A DNA stretch of 62,793 nt, the filler included, from Asterionella formosa (Eukaryota), in assembly GCA_002256025.1 (NCBI GenBank). It is 14 parts of 14 records of this genome, joined end to end, with 100 filler letters (N's around TTAATTAATTAA, not from the genome) between each part and the next. Parts side by side here need not be neighbours in the genome. Positions count along the whole stretch, not along the records: positions 1 to 22,471 come from NKIB01002721.1; 13 more parts are not named here. The stretch is one strand, 5' to 3'. A program made the position numbers and the translations under genes. The notes under the pieces are model-generated. The model saw only the letters and a list, made by a program, of their open reading frames with translations. It did not search any database and had not been told where the DNA came from. Below are positions 11,816-22,571 of the stretch, one piece after another. Within the stretch, counting starts at the first letter, position 1. Every line of letters begins with the position of its first letter.

Positions 11816-13474
11816 ATGAACACTAACAAACGATTCCAATCCACACTATCGATCAAGTCCCGAAGGCGACAACTAACGCAAACGCGGTTGAATCCATGGA
11901 AGGACACTTTCGAGCTTGACACTTGCGGGCAAGACTTGTTACTAGCCGCTTCCACCGAGAACATCGAGAATGAAAAGCTGTATAGTGCACTTCAGTTGGT
12001 CCAGACTTGGAAGCTGCGCTGCAACGAAAAGCTCCCTCATGCTGTCGACACAACGCACAACTTGGCACATGTTCTGTGGAAAGACTATGCCTGTGGGCAC
12101 TCGGATATGCGGCCAATGTACGCCATGGCATTGATTCGAGGAATTAATGGACTGGCAGACATCATGCAGCAACAAAGATCATTTGCGGGTAGTGTTGCAT
12201 CTCTGTGTGCCGAATTAGGTCTACCTGGTTGGCTGGTCGATCTTCGACATGATGCATCACACAATGACCTTCCTTCACTGCCCACTCTAAGACTAGCCGC
12301 GCAAACATTTCTGTCCTTTTTAGGAGAGCGCTTTTGGAAGCCTCTTCATGAATCGCATACTGGTCAGCGGCAGCAAGCTTACAAAATATTGTTGGAATAT
12401 GAAGCTGCCACCAACAAAGTGGGCGATGGAACCGATTCTGAGGTCGCCCAGGTTATGCAAGATCCGCACGAAGCTATTGAGGACGACGATGACGAATCAA
12501 GCGACGAAGAATTTGGAGAAGATTCAAATGAATTGGATGTATTGCTAGGTATGAATTCGGGAAAAACCATGAATAGGTTCGCTGCACTAGAAGAGAGAAA
12601 GAAGCAGAAGGTAAAGCACCCCAAGCGAAGAAGGCGGAAGGTCATCCTTGCTCCCACCAATCCTTTGGACATTGCCCGCCAGTATGTCAAGATTATGCCC
12701 ATGGATGTTGGTCTTTATGTGGCATTATCATTCTTGATTTGGGGGGCAACTGGCGATGTACCATTGGGATGTGGGGCCTTGGTTCCTTCATCCGCTACCT
12801 TGATTCCGGCCAGCCAAGTTGGCATCGATCGTATTAGACAACGATACAAGCCACTCTTATTCGCCCTTGCACAAGCATGGCCCGGATTCGTGCATTCTTT
12901 CACGGTGCATTTAGTAAATTGCTGTTTGTCGATAGAAGCAACGGGTGATATCACAGACGTTGGAGCTGTTCGCAAGCTGTACTTTCTCACTTCCTGGATC
13001 CGGTTTTCCCTTTCGCGAGACTTTCATCGTTGTCATGATAGATACCTTTCTATTATAAATGGATCACTAGAATTAGGCAAGCGAGCAGTTTCGATATGGA
13101 AATTGACGGAGCGAAAGTTCATGGAACAACCAGCACCTCTCGAAACCCTTCGAGCAGCAAATCTACCACTGAACAGCCTCTGTGATCGATGTCTCGACTT
13201 CAAAGGAACGAACAGCCAAGACCTTGCTAGTTTGTTCGCTAAAATTCTCGGAAACGAGCGGATTCTCAATTGCGGCATCCATCACGGAATTTTTCCTCCG
13301 AATAGTGACGTCGCCCCACTTGAAGAAATGAATTTCGCAATGTCATTGGTCACGGAATTAGAAGTCTATGAGAAAACGAGCAAACAAAGCCAACATGCTA
13401 CGAAGTTACTTTGGACACAATGTTCCTCATGGGATTCGTGCGCAATTGGCAGTCTCCCTGGTCGACCAGTATAA
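11816..13474 (+). CDS. LAS1: Las1-like pre-rRNA ITS2 endonuclease (HEPN)
   Basis: LPHAVDTT, YAMALIRGINGLAD, LGLPGWLVDLRHDASHNDLPSL (RHxxxH HEPN motif), C-terminal W..CAIGSLP; 552-aa open ORF. Confidence 0.9.
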   Translation: MNTNKRFQSTLSIKSRRRQLTQTRLNPWKDTFELDTCGQDLLLAASTENIENEKLYSALQLVQTWKLRCNEKLPHAVDTTHNLAHVLWKDYACGHSDMRPMYAMALIRGINGLADIMQQQRSFAGSVASLCAELGLPGWLVDLRHDASHNDLPSLPTLRLAAQTFLSFLGERFWKPLHESHTGQRQQAYKILLEYEAATNKVGDGTDSEVAQVMQDPHEAIEDDDDESSDEEFGEDSNELDVLLGMNSGKTMNRFAALEERKKQKVKHPKRRRRKVILAPTNPLDIARQYVKIMPMDVGLYVALSFLIWGATGDVPLGCGALVPSSATLIPASQVGIDRIRQRYKPLLFALAQAWPGFVHSFTVHLVNCCLSIEATGDITDVGAVRKLYFLTSWIRFSLSRDFHRCHDRYLSIINGSLELGKRAVSIWKLTERKFMEQPAPLETLRAANLPLNSLCDRCLDFKGTNSQDLASLFAKILGNERILNCGIHHGIFPPNSDVAPLEEMNFAMSLVTELEVYEKTSKQSQHATKLLWTQCSSWDSCAIGSLPGRPV

Positions 13475-13686
13475 TAATACTAAAGAAGGATGATTTATTT
13501 GTGAAAGTACAGATCATGTGCTCGGAGGCGACAAAGCATTCAATTTCACGATGACGGATGTGACAAAGACTGCATCTAGCTGAAGAATATTCTTTGATCA
13601 TTGAATTGCTATCTGGTAGGTGGCAGTTCATCCCCATACTCCGGGACAAATACAGCGCTTCGTTTCCACCCAAAACAATAGTATGG

Positions 13687-15033
13687 TTACACTCTAAGGT
13701 TCTCTGCCTTGATTCGAATTATTTGGCTCGCTGACAACTGAATATCGTATCGGTTACTTTCCTTATTCCACCCTTTAATCGTTCCCCACTTTCCGTTTAA
13801 CTCTGGCTTGGAATTCAAGGCGGTGATCTGTCCAACGGTGCCTTCCTCCAAAATAACGTTTGTCGGCTTTAGACTGACTACGTGCTTTACTGCCATGACA
13901 TAGATATTGTAGCGGCCAGTCGCTGTGTTCCACGTAATGACGGTTCCCATCTTTCCATTGAGTTCAGGTTTGCTTTGTAGACCATGTACTCGAACATGCA
14001 CATGCTGTAGCAAATTGGATGCCTTGACACTCATGGTTTCGTCAGTATCTTCAAGTTCCACCACATAGCGCCCTGTAACGGCATTGTAGGATGAAATTTT
14101 ACCCCTGTCGCCATTTCGGTCTGCAGCATTGACGAGACCCTTCAACGACACAATAGTACCAGCGGGGATAGCATCGTATCTCATTGGTTCGCGATGCATG
14201 GAGGTGCGCATGCCCGGCATACCGGTACTCCCTCCCATTGGTCCACTCATTCCTTGAGCACCTCCAAAAATTTGAAAAGGATCTCCTCCTTGCATGGAAC
14301 CGCCTGATACGGAGACAAACGGACTTCGTGTTCGTCTTGCTCCATGCATGCTACCGGCATTTCCAAAGCCACTCATAAAGGGATCCGATCCACCGAAAAA
14401 GGTCGAGAAGAAGGCCTGTGCTTCTGCTTCACTCATGCCCCCATGATGACCACCCCCCATTCCTCCAAAATGTGCTCCTGGTCCATGGAAGTGACCACCT
14501 CCCGTAGGCATGTCGCCGCCATTCTGTTCAGCAGCATTGACTCCGTCCAAACCGTACTGATCGTATACTTTTCTTTTTTTATCATCTGATAAAACAGCAT
14601 ACGCTTCCGAAATCTTTTGAAAGTTCTTCGTAGCTTCTTCGTTGCCCGGATTCTTGTCGGGATGCCACTATTGACAAATGAACGGGAGGATAGAAGTCAG
14701 TGTTGTTGTGTCAGCTTGACTCCTCAACTAAATGGGACGACAGTAACAGGCAGTACAAGTCACAACAGAACAGTTCATGGGTGAATAAATCAGCAGAGGA
14801 ACTGGAACGTGATTTTACTACCAACAATCGACGATTAGCGCACATCATGGTCGACAATGCAATCTAGATTCCCCTATTCAACTCGGCGCCAACGACCGTC
14901 ACAGGCAGTAAGGACAACCTCAGCTCACCTTTACCGCTAATTTTCGATAAGCTTTCTTCAGGGCTGCTTCATCAGCAGATTTGGGACATCCCAGAATCTG
15001 GTAGTAGTCGTCTGAATTGAGATTTGGCGCCAT
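13687..15033 (-). CDS. DnaJ/Hsp40 protein with G/F region and three C-terminal SH3/KOW-like repeats; intron 14668-14928
   Basis: Exon 1 [35 protein letters not shown] splices (GTGAG...TAG) to [28 protein letters not shown], giving a J domain with HPD. Confidence 0.92.
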
Positions 15034-15959
15034 CTTGTTTGCTTCCTTCTTCTCGTTGCTTTGCGATTTGCTCTAGTTTTGCTATTGTGTTCGGGAATTT
15101 TTTGCTTGCAAGACTGTGCATGCATGGAATGTCTCCTTGCTTGATTGATGCATCGATGTCACCAGTTCCCCACTCGGCGCACTTTTTCATGTGGGTCTGT
15201 TTTTTACCCTAGTACCAGGTGACCTGGTAATACCTGGTACCTGGTACCGGCATTCATTCTATAATATATACCTACCGGTAGTATCATCCACAAGCAAGTC
15301 TAACTAATTATTAAAAGTCCTATCAATTACTCTGCCATAAACTATGTACAGCAAGTATATACCGGTAGGATTTGCGTATTCTAACAGCAGAGGAGTTGTG
15401 CGATACGCGCAGACACGACTATCTGTACCGTCTTGGCCCTACGTACATACGTTCCTGACACCCTAGTAGTCAATAAGAAACGAAGGAGATAGTACCTGTA
15501 GCAATCATTTGGGGATGGCAAACCGGTACTGTACGAGGTACAAGGTGCTACTTACCGGTAGTAGGAGTTCCTGGTCCTGGTACCTAGCGGTAGTACCAGG
15601 TACCACACTATGTATGACTCAACCGGGAGTAGACAACTACTGTATATTGTGTGGGTTTACTGTACCTGGTATCTGGTACTCCATGTTTCAATAATATTAT
15701 GTACTGGTATGTGTGTGCAACACTGCTGACTTCGAAGACATCAAAGCCCCATCATTACTATGATGTCGTATCCGAGTGCTACCTGGAACCTGGTACCAGG
15801 GTACCTGGTGCTAAGTCAACAAAAGCACTCTTCGATCGAACTCTATTTTGAGCAGTTCGACCCTGGACGAGACGAGCACCAAGGGCACAACATACATGGT
15901 ATGGGTAAATGTTTGATCATTATGGGATTTTTTAAAACGGAGCTCAGCTTTTGCCGGAC

Positions 15960-18660
15960 TAGTTCCAATTAAATCTGTAAGTGGTCCAAGAACATGAGAT
16001 CGTCTAGGAAACATGTCTCGATAGTACATAATAGCACCAAGAAATGATCTGACTTGTTTAAGATTGGTAGGTGAAGACATATTAATCAATGCTCGGACCT
16101 TTTTAGACCAAGGTTTCAGTCCATTACTAGGAGTTAACCAATAGCCTAACCAATCTGTCTCTTGGACTGCCCATTCACACTTATATGGATTAATTGTAAA
16201 ACCATTTGCCTGTAAACGATGTAAAATAGTGTCCAATAGATGAGGAATGTGATCCGAAAATTTCATTGAAACACAACCCACATCATCAATATAAATTTCC
16301 ACATCATCTAAATCACTAAGAATCTGTTCCATAGTTTCTTGTGCAATATCAGATGATTTTTTCACCCCAATAGGGAGACGTAAATATTTATATAAACCAA
16401 ATGGAGTGGAAATAACGCACAAATTTTGACTCTCCACATCTAATGCGAAAGTGTAGTATTGCATAGTAGAAACATCCAATTTGGTGAAAATACATATCCG
16501 GAACGTTTAGTGAGAATAGTTTGTATTCGAGGCAAAGGATATATATTGCGATTGATGACATTATTGAGTTCATGAAAATCTGATATCCATCGGACACTTC
16601 CATCCTTTTTAGGAATAATAAAAGTGGGAGACGCCCATTTAGAAGCACCACATTTTTGTAGGACTCCAATATCACACAATCGTTGTAATTCGGTTTTGAA
16701 AACTTCTAAATGAATATGAACGATCGGATATGCTCGTTGATGACGAGGGATGGCATTTGATGATAATTCAAAATGTACTTGTTTATGAGGATAAACTTTT
16801 AATTTTCCATCAAATAATGTTTGATATTTAACCAATATAGTTCGCAAACATGAACATTGCATTGTTGATAAATGCATCTGTTTATTCAGCACTGTATCAA
16901 TATTCACATAATTATATTCAGCAGCTTTAATTTCCAGCGCATATGAAGATTCCACAATCATAGGTGCATCAAAATACAATAATACATCATATAAATGTTC
17001 TCCATCATCAAAGAATGTGAGAGGATGCATAGGAACAATCATATCCATACAGGACATGGTGTTATTTTCGAAATCAATGGTTAAACCAACTTGACGAAGG
17101 AAATCACGTCCTAAAATAGCATCAAATGTGCATAGACCATTAAAAACTTGACACTTTTGTTGTAAAACACGAGCAGATCGATTAAATTCAGGTAGAATCA
17201 GGTCATATAAAATAAAACTGGCATGAGATGAATAAGTACCAGCTATGGTGTGTACTAATTGGGAAGTCTCGTTAGACAAAGAAATACCTTGAGGTATAAC
17301 CCGTTCATGTATTAAGGATAAGGATCCTCCACTATCAAAAATACTCGTAGTATTTTATGCATAGACATAGCATCCACCAATCATGGCACTAAAAGAGACA
17401 TCGGAATCAGATAAATTGAGGTTAATAAATCCTTAGAAGTAAAACAGGAAACCGGAATTGGTCCCTGATATGTATGTGGAATGTCATGTCCATCGATGCA
17501 TTTATAGATGTCCCGCGTTACAGCAACAGTGGTATCCATAGTGTATTCAACCTGTATATAAACAATATTATCCAGGTGATGACTACCGGTAACGTTAGAT
17601 ATACTCAACAAATCATTATAAATAGCATCACCATTATCGCACATACCTCTGTAATGGCGATCAGCAATCTGCTGTTGTGTAGTAGGGACAAAAGTCACTA
17701 TCTGACCAACAGGAGGGTTCGTGACCACTGAAATTTCCTGGGCAGATGTATTCTCGGTAGGATCGGCATGTGGCATGGTACCCCAACCGGATAGATGAGT
17801 ATCATGACCCCATGTATTTAACATACGAGCAAGTGGAGCAGGCACAGGGTTAGCAGTGTCAGTATGGTAGCTTTCCGTAGGATTACTCTGTGAACCGCCA
17901 CCACAACCACCAAAATGTCCTCGTCTACCGAAACTGGAACGGCCACGTCCATTATGACGACCAGCCATGCGACCTGCTCGACTACCTTAAGTACGAGGAT
18001 TCTGAAAACAATTGCCCCAAGTGTGTGTACCTTCAGGATGTACCGGGGGCAAGGGCCACGATGATCATGGTACGTACGACTGGCTTGTAGAGCTTGATGA
18101 CAAACAGTCGCCTGATGATCCCATGTGCGACCGGCTGCATCATCAATAGCATGCGCTCTTCCACGACCACTTGGAGTAAAATCATTGTTGTAGAATTGAC
18201 GACTGACACGCTCGTTTTCTTGACACATCACACAATCGCCTTCAGCAATAGGAAGACGACTTTGTGTGATTGTTTGAAAACTGTTCTTGGGAAGGTGCTT
18301 GTTTCGATCCTTAAACGATTGTTGACTCTCGAAGTAAGCGAGAACCAAGCGAATCGATTGTTCTGAAGTTTTGGCATGATTCAATTCAAACTCTTGTTGC
18401 CACTCATCGGGCATAGAACAGACGATGATAATCCGCATATCTTCTTTTGACAATCCGTTTAGATCTTCTGGATGAGGCATTTGTCTGATTGATTCACTCC
18501 GATCAACAATGCTTCCACAGAGCTTCCATTGATTACATCTTGATCAAACGATTCAAACCTTCCACTGGTTAAAGCAACTCTGAATGTTTTAGTCTTTATA
18601 GTCAATACACTGTAATCTTTGATCAAAGGAATGACAGGAACCCTTGAATACATTGCCATG
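15960..18660 (-). mobile_element. Truncated, degenerate Ty3/Gypsy retrotransposon (gag-PR-RT; no integrase or LTR pair recognised)
   Basis: Gag-like MPDEWQQEFEL; protease region FDSGGS and DAILGRDFL; RT WASPTFIIPKKDGSVRWISDF, YPLPRI, TPFGLYKYLRLPIG, YIDD, WLGY, VRSFLGAIMYYRD. Contains frameshifts and breaks off before RNase H. Confidence 0.9.
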
Positions 18661-19191
18661 TTCGTTTTCTTCCAATTGGACTCTTTTTTAATTCAAAGTC
18701 AAGTATCTAACTAGAAGTAGTAGTATTTGTTGAATATATGAGCTAATTAATCTTATGTAAAACTTGTTTCCCAAGTTGACATCAAAGTATACAATAAACA
18801 TCGGTGTTAGTCGAGTTCTGATATATTTGGTAGAACCCTAATCCTACATACATCTGTATCGATGTGCAGGATCACTCACCAGGTATCCTGTGCTCCGGAG
18901 TACCAAGTACCCTGGTACCATCAGGAAACATGAATTCAAAAAGAATACTGGGTTTTTGCAATTCTCGCTAATGTGATTTCCACAACGACACAAAGTATTC
19001 CCTTTGCAAAGGATTACTTGGCAGATGGGTTGACAAGGTTATTGACAAGCATTGTCAAATGAATTCAATTTGAAATGAAACGACTCTCATTTTCAAAGCT
19101 ATCGAATGACAATGCTCAAAACTTTCGAAGAATAGATTATTCAGTCGCCTGAAGATCATGGGCTAAGGTACACCCACAATTTTGTAGTTAA

Positions 19192-20252
19192 GGTTCCTGC
19201 ATTTCAACCCTAGATTTGAGGTAGGGATAAAAATGAAATATTGAGTCAGACTAATCAAACACATAATTTTCACGTCTAAACTAAATATGTATATTACTAC
19301 TCGGAGCTTTCACCATTGGACACCCTTTCCATATGCTTGGATACCGTCATTGATCAAAGTAGGGGTAAGGGTAAACTCTATATAACGTCAGTATATAGGA
19401 TCTGGCCAGAAACTGCAGAAAGGAACTTCGGTTTTTTAACTATGCTGAAAATAGTGGATTTTTACCGGGCCAACTCGTTTATTTGGCCTAATAAAAAAAC
19501 CGAAGTTTCTTTCTGCAGTTTCTCGCTGAAAGTTAACTTCTGGGGCTATATGAAGATTACCTATGTACTTAACTCTTTTTCAAACCCAGCCAACGTTGAG
19601 CTGTTGTCCCCCCCCAAAATTCGACAAAATCGGCCTTTTCAACGGTCTCCAAAATGTTGGAATCAGAATCACTAATCGCCGAAACGTCATCATCGGAATG
19701 TAGTCTTGTGCTAAAATATTTAGTCGTAAAATCCCCTGTACAAAAAATTCCATTGTATGTGCCTGTTTCACTACAAATATTTTGATTGGTCAATTTCAAT
19801 TACTTACCGATATTTGATTGGCCCGGTTTGCGAGGTCTTGCAAACCCACACCGGCCACCCTTGATACACATTTAATAATTTCTTGGGTGATCGCCGGTAC
19901 CCCGGTACCTGTGACCATATCCAATACAGGTAACGGTAGATGATTATCATTTGGTGCACGTGTACCACTCTTAGAAAGCACTTCAAATATTTGCCGAGCC
20001 GCCGAGTTGTATCACACATAAACCGTCGATTGGTGTATAGAGTGTATATCGGTATATATAGAGAGAGATGTACAATCTATATCTATATATTTACCGAATT
20101 CGAAAAGGAATCTATGCAAATTTCCAATGATTTGAATATTTCAAATGGAATCATGTCATTTTAAAAAGCTCATAAAAATTCTTAGTTCCAGGGAATTTCG
20201 GCAAACCTAAGCAATATTTTAATTTTTGCCTTAGGGTTGAAACGCAGGAACC
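19192..20252. mobile_element. Non-autonomous DNA transposon (MITE-like), probably Kolobok superfamily
   Basis: 21-bp TIRs GGTTCCTGC(A/G)TTTCAACCCTA with TTAA on both sides (19188-19191, 20253-20256). RR...YY ends plus TTAA fit Kolobok rather than piggyBac. Contains a peptide remnant similar to ORF 42748-43383. Confidence 0.8.
19408..19523. repeat. 30-bp inverted repeat (hairpin) inside the MITE
   Basis: AGAAACTGCAGAAAGGAACTTCGGTTTTTT ... AAAAAACCGAAGTTTCTTTCTGCAGTTTCT, one mismatch. Confidence 0.9.
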
Positions 20253-20822
20253 TTAATCGAAAGTATCAATCTGATACCTGGAACAATTATTCACAGCCAG
20301 TCAACAAATTTTTCTCCGGCTCAGAATATTTAGGATGTTATCTTTCAATGGCAGGGTTCAGTCTTATATGTAGTCCTACCTTTTGCCTTGTGAATTGTTT
20401 TCTTTTAAGCGTGGTTTTATTCCTGGCAAAGTCAGTTATTGATATTGCCTTTTCTCCGACAAGACATGAACTCATGGCGCTCAGCATTATCAGTTGTTTC
20501 CTAGATATTTCTATGGTTAATCTTGGTTACGATGGATATTTGGGTTCTTGGACGGCTCTTGGAAATACTCTAATTAGCCTTAGAGAACTAAATCAGCTTG
20601 TCTTAGCATGAATATTCAGATCATGATCGCAGCAAGGCTGCAAGTCAGTGGAGAGTTGAGGTGAGATTTCCAATACTGAGTCTAAATTTACCCCAGCTGC
20701 TTAAATTCTCGAGTTTGTCATTGTGCTTTTCTCATTTCTGAGTTCTATTCATTAAGAACAGAATACAAACAAAGTTTTAGATTTGTTGGATTGCACTTTA
20801 CGGGCAATCCAGGTTCGTTACA

Positions 20823-21357
20823 GTGCCCAACTTGAGCGCATTATTTGATTCTTTACGAGATCATCAATCTCACCGAAATATCTCTCGTGTTTTTTCGACA
20901 AGTATCGAGAAGAATGAAGAACAAGCCATGTATCTAGCAAGAAATGATGAAACCTATGATCGCAATGATGATGACGAATTTTTCCTGTCCTATCAGGTCC
21001 TGTTGAAACTGGCCTCGACAGCACTGCCCTTGCCCCTGTTACAAATGGGCTGCACATTTCTTTTCTTGTGGAGGACGTTTTCCATGCCCTTGGTTCTTCA
21101 GAGTCCCTTTGGTGATACCAGTGAATCAATATTGTTTCTCTTCTTTTTGACTTATGGCTTCATTGGGATGGAACTCGTGGGCATGCAAATGATGTCTCCA
21201 TTTGGTATTTACCTTCCTTGATTGTGTAGGTTGCAGCATTCATGTTGCCGTTGGTACAATTTTCGAAATCATAGCTCAGAGACTAGACAAACTCTCATAT
21301 TCTCTCATATATCAGGTGGTGGCTTGCATGATTTGAACATTGCTGGAATGAGAGAGG
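20823..21357 (+). pseudogene. Bestrophin-like (UPF0187) channel fragment
   Basis: PLPLLQMGCTFLFLW...MPLVL...FFLTYGFIGMELVGMQMMSPFG, continuing after a probable intron as GGLHDLNIAGMRE (ExxxxxxxxPFGxDxNDL-type motif). N-terminus not found. Confidence 0.6.
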
Positions 21358-21843
21358 TCAGGCATTTTGAATTGTAGATTGTCATGCTCATGTGTCTCAC
21401 ACTTCCTTTGGAACTCGCAAATCTATCTGCAAATTCACTCAGATTGTTCTCTGCAAATTCTCATAACGGACTTTTCCTTTCTTATGCAACCATTCTTGGA
21501 ATTCAAAATGATAATACTGCAATTTGGATTAGTAGCTAAAGTTACAAAGCCATGAGTCAGCAAAGACTCTTATTCACAGGCCACAATAACTTGGAGATTT
21601 ATGCTGCTGGCATGGTGTCACACCATCAGGAATCAAGTAACTCCATGTGTATTTCAATGGGGCCCTCACACTGTGGCTATATTTGGGCCTACAATTGTAT
21701 GAACTCAGCATGCCTGATCATTTGCAGTTGGCACTCCAACCCAAAACTTAATTTTGTCAAGTAATGTTGATGGTTTTTTCTTGTTCTGAAAGAACGCACC
21801 AATTTTTGTATGGAATGAGGAGTCTTGTTCTAAACTGATATAA

Positions 21844-21965
21844 GGTTGCAGCCCCAGATTAACCCTAGTTTGGAGTAAAACATCACTAGGGTTGTTAAAT
21901 TGATATACCCGTAGAACAAGAAAATATTTGCATGTTCATTCCAAAGAATCATGTATCAGTTTTAA
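21844..21965 (+). mobile_element. Isolated Kolobok-type terminus related to the end at 44392
   Basis: ATAA|GGTTGCAGCCCCAGATTAACCCTAGTTTGGAG...CTAGGGTTGTTAAATTGA closely matches the reverse complement of 44330-44396. Confidence 0.7.
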
Positions 21966-22160
21966 TCTATACAAGTGTGGGACTGCAAATATTTAGAGAA
22001 TGTGAAAGGTTTGCTGGAAGTAAGATCAAAGTTTTCAGGCATGATCAATTGTCCTAATCTTTCTTGGCTTTGTGGAGGTGAAAGAGACGTTGAAGTTTTT
22101 TTGTCAAGATCCAAGCGGAAATTCACTCAGACTTTTTACCACGGTAAAAAAAATTCTTTG

Positions 22161-22471
22161 CATTTGTCTGGTTACCTACACATCAACAAGCTTTTGAATC
22201 GATGAAAGCGTTGTTGGTTGCAGATACACTCAAGCGTTATCCTGATCATAATCTTCCTTTTCATATCTTTACTGATGGCTCTGATTTTCAATTGAGAAAC
22301 TTTCAAAGAGTTTTGCTCTATGTTATTGAATGTGGTTCTACATTTTCACACTGAGCATTTTTATTTATTTATAATACCCTACACAGACAATCAACGTCAT
22401 CTCAGGTCCAACGTCGTCTCAGGTGGAGGCTTTATATTGAAGAATTTCTTCTTCTTACTTTTCACGATGTG
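22161..22471 (+). repeat. Inverted copy of 1-315 at the scaffold end
   Basis: Ends in ...CTTTTCACGATGTG, the reverse complement of the window start CACATCGTGAAAAG. Confidence 0.88.
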
Positions 22472-22571
22472 NNNNNNNNNNNNNNNNNNNNNNNNNNNNN
22501 NNNNNNNNNNNNNNNTTAATTAATTAANNNNNNNNNNNNNNNNNNNNNNNNNNNNNNNNNNNNNNNNNNNN
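22472..22571. other. Artificial contig linker (N-TTAATTAATTAA-N); recurs 13 times
   Basis: Identical 100-nt N-padded spacer with stops in all six frames, also at ~45043, 46523, 48002, 49481, 50960, 52439, 53920, 55399, 56878, 58357, 59836 and 61315. Confidence 0.98.

Noticed and set aside
15763..18991. TGTCGT...ACGACA as the LTR boundaries of the Gypsy element
   Set aside because: No direct-repeat LTR pair and no target-site duplication could be seen.
19192..20252. piggyBac assignment for the TTAA-flanked MITE
   Set aside because: The ends are GG...CC (RR..YY), opposite to the CC...GG ends of piggyBac, and it shares a peptide with the KolX-bearing element.
22472..22571. Recurrent TTAATTAATTAA palindrome as a biological repeat or TTAA target site
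   Set aside because: It is always centred in an identical N pad and is an artificial six-frame-stop contig linker.
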